Shown: piece by piece, positions 51,241 to 64,000 of the stretch
Layout of the letters: the number at the start of each line of letters is the position of its first letter
How positions within the stretch are numbered: the stretch's first letter is position 1
From: Octopus vulgaris
Taxonomy: Eukaryota
Direction: 5' to 3'
Length of the DNA stretch: 64,000 bases
Assembly (NCBI GenBank): GCA_951406725.2
Contig: OX597818.1
Location: forward strand, 28,458,001-28,522,000
The notes under the pieces: generated by a model
Told to the model about the DNA's origin: nothing
The model's database searches: none
Seen by the model: the letters and a program-made list of their open reading frames with translations, nothing else
Position numbers and translations under genes: made by a program

Positions 51241-51417
51241 TATGATATGTGGTTTGCACCTGAAGAATATGTTTGAATATTTCTCAACATATGAAACTAT
51301 TACTAGCACTTAAATACATGTATTGTGCTCTTTACATAAATAATATTTATCTCTCACCAAATGGAGTACTTTTAGTGTTGCATTTTCTATCGTTATATAT
51401 AATATGGGACAGTACAT

Positions 51418-51456
<39 letters not shown>

Positions 51457-51459
51457 TCT

Positions 51460-51821
51460 CTCTTTTACTCTTTTACTTGTTTCAGTCATTTTGACTGCGG
51501 CCATGCTGAGCACCACCTTTTAGTACTTATTCTATCGGTCTCTTTTTGCCGAACCGCTAAGTGACGGGGACCTAAACACACCAGCATCGGTTGTCAAGCA
51601 ATGCTAGGGGGACAAACACAGACACACAAACACACACACATATACATATATATACATATATACGACAGGCTTCTTTCAGTTTCCGTCTACCAAATCCACT
51701 CACAAGGCATTGGTCGGCCCGGGGCTATAGCAGAAGACACTTGCCCAAGATGCCACGCAGTGGACCGAACCCGCAACCGTGTGGTTGGTTAGCAAGCTAC
51801 TTACCACACAGCCACTCCTGC

Positions 51822-51824
<3 letters not shown>
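51460..51824 (-). mobile_element. tRNA-derived SINE
   Basis: Head GGCGCAGGAGTGGCTGTGTGGT..GGGTTCGGTCC on the minus strand, internal (TA)/(TG) tract, AAAAGAGT tail. Flanked by (TA)n on both sides. Confidence 0.92.
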
Positions 51825-51884
<60 letters not shown>

Positions 51885-52198
51885 GTATATATGTATGTAT
51901 GCATGTATGTATGTATTTGTATATATATGTATCTTAATATATAAAAAAGAGTGTGTGTGTATGTTCCTTATGCATTCAAAAACTGAGCTGCTGATGTTGA
52001 TGTATGAGGTATCAAAAGATTCAGTAATATTTCGGTTACCAAATAAAGTATTTTTTGCGCAACAACTCTTCCTTACTACAAAGACAACATTGAAAATGAG
52101 GTCGAGTCACACAATTTTGAGGTCTTTAGCTAAAGGAGGCATCTCTGCCTGAACAATCTATGTTTTAGAGCATAATGAAAAAATGTTTAACATACATA

Positions 52199-52607
52199 GG
52201 CGTAAGAGTGGCTATGTGATAGGTAGTTTGTTTACCAACCATATGATTCTGGGTTCAGTCCCACTGCATGACACCTTGGGCAAGTGTCTTCTAGTATAGC
52301 CTCAGGTCGACCAAAGCCTTGTGAATGGATTTGGTAGATGGAAACTGAAAGAAGCCCATCGTCTATATGTATATATATATATATGTGTGTATATATGTTT
52401 GTGTGTCTGTGTTTGTCTTCCCAACATCGTTTGACAACCGATGCTGATGTGTTTACATCACCGTAACTTAGTGGTACGGCAAAAGAGACTGATAGAATAA
52501 GTACTAGGCTTACAAAGAATAAGTCCTTGGATCGATTTGCTTGACTAAAGGTGGTGCTCCAGCATGGCCACAGTCAACTGACTGAAACAAGTAAAAGAGT
52601 AAAAGAG
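52199..52607 (+). mobile_element. tRNA-derived SINE, full length
   Basis: A box TGGCTATGTGA, B box GGTTCAGTCCC, tail AAAAGAGTAAAAGAG, possible ATACAT target duplication. Confidence 0.92.
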
Positions 52608-53337
52608 ATACATGGAGTTTTACCAGGGAATGAAACTTTGAAGGTGTACCATCAACTTATTAGTATTATTTAGTATATAACCTTTTAATGTGAAGAATGT
52701 TTGTCTATGTTTTGTTTAGCCCAGAGTTGCCTATGATGTAGCAGACCCATTGCATAGATTTTTTTTTTCTTCCGGAAATATTGTAAATCTGTGACTTACT
52801 TTTGATGAAAGGGTGTGTTTTAAGAGAGATTTGGCTGCTATTTGTAGTAGCTCAAGTTAACACAGACACACCACTGCATGTGTGTATGTGTGTGTTGTGT
52901 TGTGGTGAAAAAAGTACTTTTTCTTGGAATATTTTGCACCCTAATTTTTAAAGAAATCTGGACATCTTTCTGACTGCTAGCCATTCAACTTCAAATTACA
53001 ATTGTTAATTGTTGGAAGTCAAGTAGACTGAGATGTGCATATACTATTATCGTATGGAGTGGAAGTTCAATGTGAAATTTTGAACTCATTATCTTGTGGT
53101 AATAATCTATTGCCTTAAATTTGAAACCATTTAGTCTTAAAACACTATTTTATTGGGTTTAGTCATGATTGGGTATAACCTTTAAAAATTTAATTGATCA
53201 TACTGACCTCAGTATGTATTTCAATCTGGCATTTATTTTATAGAACTCTGCTTGATGAACTGCTAATTTTGAGAGATAGTGGGACACAGTACTTGATTTA
53301 ACAACAAATGTAAACTCACGCACATACACACATATTA

Positions 53338-53485
53338 GGTGCAAGAATGACTGTGGTTGAGACGTTTGCTTCTCAACCACATGGTTCCACATTCAATCCC
53401 TCTTCATGGTACCTTGAGCAAGTGATTTGTACTATAGCCCAAGGCCAACCATAGACTTATGACTGAATTTGGTTGACGGAAACTG
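53338..53485 (+). mobile_element. SINE head fragment
   Basis: Diverged match to 52199-52345. Confidence 0.7.
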
Positions 53486-53674
53486 CAGCGTTGTTCATCA
53501 GAAAATTATGATAAACATGTTTATAAAGAAGAGTTTTTTGCTTCATACTCCTCATCTGCTGATTCTGGCCGTAAAAAAAGATACAAATAATACAGTGTGG
53601 CTGTAGGTCATAACACCTAGACAATGACAAGGTGCATTGCTAGTATATATATATTTATATATATATATGTATGT

Positions 53675-54027
53675 ATATAAAATACAGTGTACATTTAAAC
53701 ACATTAAGAGTTTTCCATCACAGGAATCCCTTATGCTAGAAAGAACAGCTAAAGTCCAAACCACTAATTAGGGATAAATTCTTGAAGGGAATGAAAAATA
53801 AAAACATTTATCATCTATTTCCTGGACTTCACCTAGCAAATTATTTTATTTGCTAAAATAAGTCAGAAACCATGGTCCAGGAAATAGATGGTAAATGTTT
53901 TTATTTTTCATTCCCTTTGAGAATTTATCCCTAATTAGTGGTTTGGACTTTAGCTGTTCTTTCTAGCGTAAGGAACTGTTATGATGGAAACCTCTTAACG
54001 TGTTTAAATGTACACTGTATTTTATAT
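53675..54027. repeat. Long inverted repeat (foldback/MITE-like), ~153-bp arms
   Basis: 53675-53827 is the near-perfect reverse complement of 53875-54027. Confidence 0.92.
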
Positions 54028-54368
54028 GAATAATATATAGTCTATTGACTAATTTTTCTATACGCTAGGCCACTGGTAGTAAAAATTTCTAAAACCTATA
54101 TTGCCCTGATATTATTAATTATATATGTATATATTTATAATACAAATGGAGAAACAATTTAGTTGGTTCATCAGCTTTCAGATATTAGAATGTTGACTTA
54201 TTTATTCATTTAACAAAAATGAGAACCTTAATAGCATACATATATACATTATAATTCAATACATATAAGATAAGAATACAATTATAAAAATCATAATATA
54301 AATTAGAACAAATATAGTAGAACAAATATAGTATTATTGGACACTCAGGAAGGAAGGAAAGAAGGAGG

Positions 54369-54403
54369 GTTTAACGTTTCGAGTGGAGCTCTTCGTCAGA
54401 AAC
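54369..54403 (-). ncRNA. Minimal type I hammerhead ribozyme motif
   Basis: Minus strand GTTT-CTGACGA-AGAGCTCCACTC-GAAACGTT-AAAC: core, stem I GTTT/AAAC, stem II GAG/CTC, palindromic ACGT stem III. Confidence 0.7.
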
Positions 54404-54479
54404 ATAGGAAAAGGAAAGATCCAAAGAAGGGATGACGGAGGAAAAAAAAATCGGCAACGGTACACACGCGGTCACATTT

Positions 54480-54523
<44 letters not shown>

Positions 54524-54629
54524 AGACCAATGTGTACGTACGCTGCTATATCTTTTTATATATGAAAAATACAAAAAAGGGACAAGAATGCAAAACATCC
54601 AGTTAGGTGATACAAAAAGGGACAACTCT

Positions 54630-57205
54630 GAAAAAGTATCCACAGTGATTTTGCAAGAGCTTGCATGATTTTAGGAGAACTGATTTTAGGAGAACTGTCG
54701 GTAATCCATCTATGGCTGATGTTACATCTTTGATATTGATATAATCATGGCTGTCATTTTCCATGTAGGTCTACAATGCTTCTTTACATGTTTTCCATTG
54801 GAGAAGTGCTTATTTAGTACTTCATTTATCCTCTTGAGATCTGCAGTTAGTGAGCCTTCTTCTTCAAACAGTGGCCCTCTCTTGTGCACCGAGGCAAACA
54901 CTTTGTGAACTTGTTGAAGGCTTTAAGATTTATTTTTATATTTTCCAGCAGCCTGGTTTCTATTTCTATGGGAGAGTCTGAGTTTATTTTTTTATCTGTA
55001 AAAGTCTTCCTTTGAAGAGAGATTTCTTGCTGTCATCAAGTTGTTTATGTAAGTGATTGGAGATCTTGATTTTACATCTCAAAAGAACTCTCCTGTTTCC
55101 AAAAATAATGTTTTTGAATGTTGTCGCTGTCTTCCCTGGGACAAATTTAACGTACATAGCTTGCATTATTGACATGTATTCTTTAAGTGTCATACCAATG
55201 TTTTGCATAGAGTAACTTTAAAGCCAATTTTGCTGGATAATCCATTTTTCAATTGACTTCCAGTCAGACTTGTAGAAGTTCAGACTGGATAGAATTTGGG
55301 TACCATCTATGTGAAATACATCGGTAATTGGTTTTGGATTGTACATTGTCAGTTCTGTTGTGGTCTGGGAAGATTGTTGGTGATATCTTCACATCTCTTA
55401 GTATAAAAGGCAGATTTTATCTGCCTCCCTTTGGGAGTTATAGAAATCTACAATATAGGATTTCTTCAATTACAATTTACCTAGCATTTTTAAGAGTAGA
55501 ATGCATCGGGTCATGCCAGGTCCAGTTTTTAAAATTTAAACTCCAATTAAGCAAAATTTACAGAAAACACACATTCTGGTGTGTGTGTCAAATGCTTTTC
55601 TTAGTCTGGTTTACATCACACGCAAACGCACACACACAGTGTGCAACGAATAAAATGAAAGTAAATAGCGACAGACTGATTTGAGGAAGACTAAACTGAA
55701 AGAATTTAAACCACTACTCAAAAAATAAAAAAACACAGCAAACAGAAACAAATACATACAAAACGATTTACTCCTCTCACAATTTCTTCAATTAGAGTGT
55801 ACCCATGATTTTTCAGAGTACTTCAGTGGGTGATGCCATAAAAAATTTCTTTCAATTTTACCACCAATTAAGACAAAATTCGAGAAAACTCAATATTTTA
55901 ACATATCACTCCGAAAGCATTGATGTACATGTGTGCGTGTGTGAGTGTGTGTGTGTCATTCCTCACACACACGCATACACATACATATACAACTACATAC
56001 AACTACATACACATACAACTACATACAAACACGTGTGTGTTTGTTATTAAAAAAGGCGCCAAAACACAACTCACTTATCATTCCAACACATTTGCAAAGA
56101 CACACGGATGGACAGAAAAGGTAAATTGGTTTTTATTTTACTCTGTATATATTTTATTATATAATATTATATATAGATATATGTATATATAATTGCAGTA
56201 TGAAACTTATATATAGTTATTATAATAAGAGATTAATAAATGTATGCATCCGTTTAACCCTTTCGTTACCAAGCCGCCCGAATTTACCTATTCATATTTA
56301 AATGAGAATATCAGAGCAAATCTCTTTAGTACATTCGTGAAAACACGTATTATACTTCGTAAACACTTCAACTACAGTTTTGTACAAAAATCGAAGTGTA
56401 ATTTTAATTCCGTGAATTATGGGAGATTTTTTTCCGAAATTTGTTCCTATTGTGTTTTCAAAATTTGTAATTCTCACAAAAAATGGATACGAATTTCATT
56501 ATATCAAGCAGCGAGTCAGAATTCGAAGGATTTTCTACTGAAGACCTTCATAAATCTAACTCTATGACTGAAAAAAAAAGCATCTTTATATAAGAGTGAA
56601 GTTGTGTGTCTGTCTCCTACGATTTAGATTCCTAACTACTCCCACATTTTGCGGTGCAGTTTAACCAAAAGCGGGTATCTTATAGTCGTGATTCATATCG
56701 AGCCCTTCTGGGTATTAGCGTGCGTCTACGATGAGTCTACGATTTAAAAAAAAATTACCCTCATATTTTTCCATTTTAATGCATTTTTTTCGCTTTTATA
56801 TAAGGGAAGTAACTCTCTAAAAATATCTACGATGTGTCAACGATTTAAAAAAAATTTACCTTAATTTTTTTTCAATTTTTGATGCATTTTTTTGCTATTT
56901 TTTGGCTATAACTCTCTAAAAATGCTTATATAGTTATTTCCCTTACAACCCGAGCAACGCTGGGCGATACTGCTAGTTGTAGATAAGACCTACATTGTTG
57001 ATGGAACAGAGGCCTACGTTATCATTCTTGGTTGGAGAGAATATTGTTTGCCCCATGAACAGCACTTTTCTGGAGTCAAGTAGAGTTTCTGCTTGATTAT
57101 GCTATTTGCATGCCATTCCTGAGATTATATTGTCTTCCAGCTCTCTGATGGTGGAAAGTTGAAGTCACCCATCAGAAGTATACTAATGAGTTGATCCAGC
57201 TTTGT
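54630..57205 (-). mobile_element. CR1/L2-group LINE fragment (EN C-terminus and linker), interrupted by insertions at about 55480-56976
   Basis: ILLMGDFNFP (about 57150-57185), LNFYKSDWKSI (about 55250-55285), IKNNLKAFNK (about 54910-54940). Confidence 0.7.
56583..56976 (+). mobile_element. Short non-autonomous Helitron
   Basis: A|TCTTTATATAA start; CCCGAGCAACGCTGGG hairpin and CTAG|T end. Confidence 0.72.
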
Positions 57206-57217
57206 TATCATACATAC

Positions 57218-61676
<4,459 letters not shown>

Positions 61677-61934
61677 TATATATATACATAAAATACATTG
61701 TCCTTGTGTGTGCCCTCTCTGCACAGTTAAACCTCTGGATCAATCTGTAGCATATTTGGGTTACATGAATAATTTGTCCTTGAAAATAATAATACGGCTT
61801 TGATTTATTTTTTTATTAAAAATAAATAATATTATTGCTTTATATAAAGATTTACTTCTTCGAACCGTTTGGTCAATGTCAACTTCCTGTGTCTGGTATT
61901 CTGACATAGTAACTAAGTAGCCAGCTATTTACAA

Positions 61935-61972
<38 letters not shown>

Positions 61973-62301
61973 GTATGCATCATTACATTTGTGATGGTTT
62001 CTGATAAATATTAATTTCTAAGGGTACTTTCATCTTTTATATTCTTCTCCAGCTTTCTGTTTGTGTATTTGTACATTCAAGCTCATTTCTGTAAAAATTC
62101 TCCAATGTCAACAGGTCTGTTTCATATATAACTATTACCACCACAACGATTACTATCACTGCTAACCACTGCCACTTCTACTTTATACTGTCACTATGAC
62201 AACTAAAAGTTCTGTCACTAATACTTATACTACAAATACTACTAATGCAACCACCACCACCACCACCACCACTACTACTGTCATCATCATCATTAATTAT
62301 C

Positions 62302-62403
62302 AAGCTGACAGAATTGCTAGCACGCCATGTGAGATACTTAGCGGTACTTCCTCTGTTGCTATGTTCTGAGTTCAAATTCCGCCAAGGTCAACTTTGCCTT
62401 TCA
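62302..62403 (+). mobile_element. SINE head (same family as 47938)
   Basis: GCTGACAGAATTGCTAGCACGCC...GTTCTGAGTTCAAATTCCGCCAAGGTCAACTTTGCCTTTCAT. Confidence 0.75.
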
Positions 62404-62469
62404 TATGTCAACAGATTTGTTTTATAAGACATATATTTGTGTGTGCCCTCTCTGGACGGCCACACTGCT

Positions 62470-63654
62470 GGTGAGATGGTCAATGATCTCATAATTCATA
62501 AATCTTTAGCAACAGTCAACGGCTCTGTGAGTGAGCCATCTTAGCTCCACATAATGATGCAGTCAACAAAATCAACTGGAATTTCTTGCAGCCCTTGCCA
62601 AGGCAAGAACAGTCTTTCAAATCCCTCAACACCGTCATTGATCCAGGTCAGGCTGTAGTTTTCCAACTGAGTTCCTGAACTCTCTACAGCTATCTGAGAA
62701 GCCACCTCACCACTTAAACACTTAAAGAGGGGACACCAATCATGCTGCCAAAGAATTTGGATCCACTTTGTCTGTGCAATGGCACCAGACTGGTGGTGAA
62801 AGCGATGCAACCCCATTTCCTAGCAGCAACAATTATAACTGGGAACTATAAGGGTGAAGATGTCTTCATTCCATGGATCCTGTTAATCCCATATGACCTC
62901 TCCTTTGAATTTAAACGGTTCTGGTTCCCAGGGAAACTAAGTTTCATTTTGTCAATAAACAAATCTCAAGGAGAGTCTCTCAAGGTTGTTGGACTTCACT
63001 GTGCTTCTCTCATGGGCAATTATATGTAGGATGTTCATGAGTTGGACGTTCCCAAAATCTTTTCATGTATACACCAATAAAAGGTCAAACTTAAAACACT
63101 GCGTATTTAGAAGCTCTAGAATCTAGATCATTAAACTGTGATTGATATCCAAATTTGTTTCAATACATTTGTTTATACTCACATCATCTGATAGAATTTT
63201 TGTTCAATGTATTTATTAACAGGAGAGGAGCACCTGGAGGGCAGTTCTTCTCAAATTTATGCATTTTCAGGTTCAATGTGTTTCAAATAAGTACTGACAA
63301 TTGAAGGTGATTGCAAGAACAAAGAACTACCTGCATTTTTAACAATTTTAACAATGAGAACATCAGACAAAACATATTATTGTTATTGACATATACAGTT
63401 GGTACCTCAGCTAATTAGCTGTTGAGAACTGCATAATCCATGTTTCATTTTACTTAGAGATTTGAAAGCATAGTTAAATTTCATTACTTTCAATTAACTG
63501 GGAAATGCCAGGTTATTAACATATGAAATTGGTACCTCAGCTACCAGAAGGGGAGACCTGCATAGTCTATGTTTCATGTCAGTTAGAGATCTAGAAGTCA
63601 TTTACAAATTTCATTATTTTCTTTAACCTGGACAACATTGGGTATTTCTGCTAG
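62470..63654 (+). mobile_element. Helitron 3' fragment (helicase C-terminus and terminus)
   Basis: KNLDPLCLCNGTRLVV...VFIPWILLIP...SINKSQGESLKVVGL; degenerate hairpin and CTAG at 63651-54. Confidence 0.8.
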
Positions 63655-64000
63655 CATATATATATACATATGGTGGTGGTTGTCTACTCCTTATGCAGAG
63701 CTTGACCACCTTCTGTACCTACATCTTAGAACCATCATGGCATCTGATGTGGGTTTTTGTAAACCAAATACTGTTTTGAAAAGACAACCACATAGATTGC
63801 ATATCCAATTTCAACCACCAAGAGCTGCAGATAAGTTATGATCTTCGTGGATCTTAAAAACGTCTTTTGAGGCCTCTGTCAGATTTGCAAACTTTCTGGC
63901 ATACATTGCATTGAAAGGTGTGCACAGACGTATAGGCAGAATAATTGGTGGAGGGTCGTTTTCCATGGATTTATAAATGAGATTTGGGCCCAGCAAAAGA

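Noticed and set aside
52199-52270. tRNA genes
   Set aside because: The A/B boxes belong to SINE heads that continue into SINE bodies; no complete cloverleaf.
63680-64000. Possible LINE 3' fragment with a CxxC motif on the minus strand
   Set aside because: Too short, degenerate and cut by the window edge to assign.

Overview
Eukaryotic, gene-poor, repeat-dominated window. The SINE families, RTE LINEs and TTAGGG repeat suggest a coleoid cephalopod such as Octopus (inference). Bases 1-16031 are a (TTAGGG)n array on the + strand, which is the wrong polarity for a natural left chromosome end. It contains TTAAAA blocks typical of nanopore miscalling and TTGGGG variants. It ends abruptly at a short CpG-rich segment with a symmetric NRF1-ETS-ETS-NRF1 motif set. 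The remaining 48 kb is a nested mosaic of transposable elements. There are two near-full-length RTE LINEs with a PHD-type finger inside the RT, both inserted in TA-rich microsatellites. One is possibly intact apart from homopolymer indels and carries a 5x tandem-amplified 3' UTR. Also present: a Tx1/L1-type LINE, a BovB-like RTE, a CR1-like fragment, two Penelope-like elements, hammerhead ribozyme motifs, four Helitrons (one holding a LINE ORF1 fragment), Tc1/mariner and piggyBac-type elements, tRNA-derived SINEs and a 350-bp foldback. No host gene could be established; only weak candidate exons were seen.
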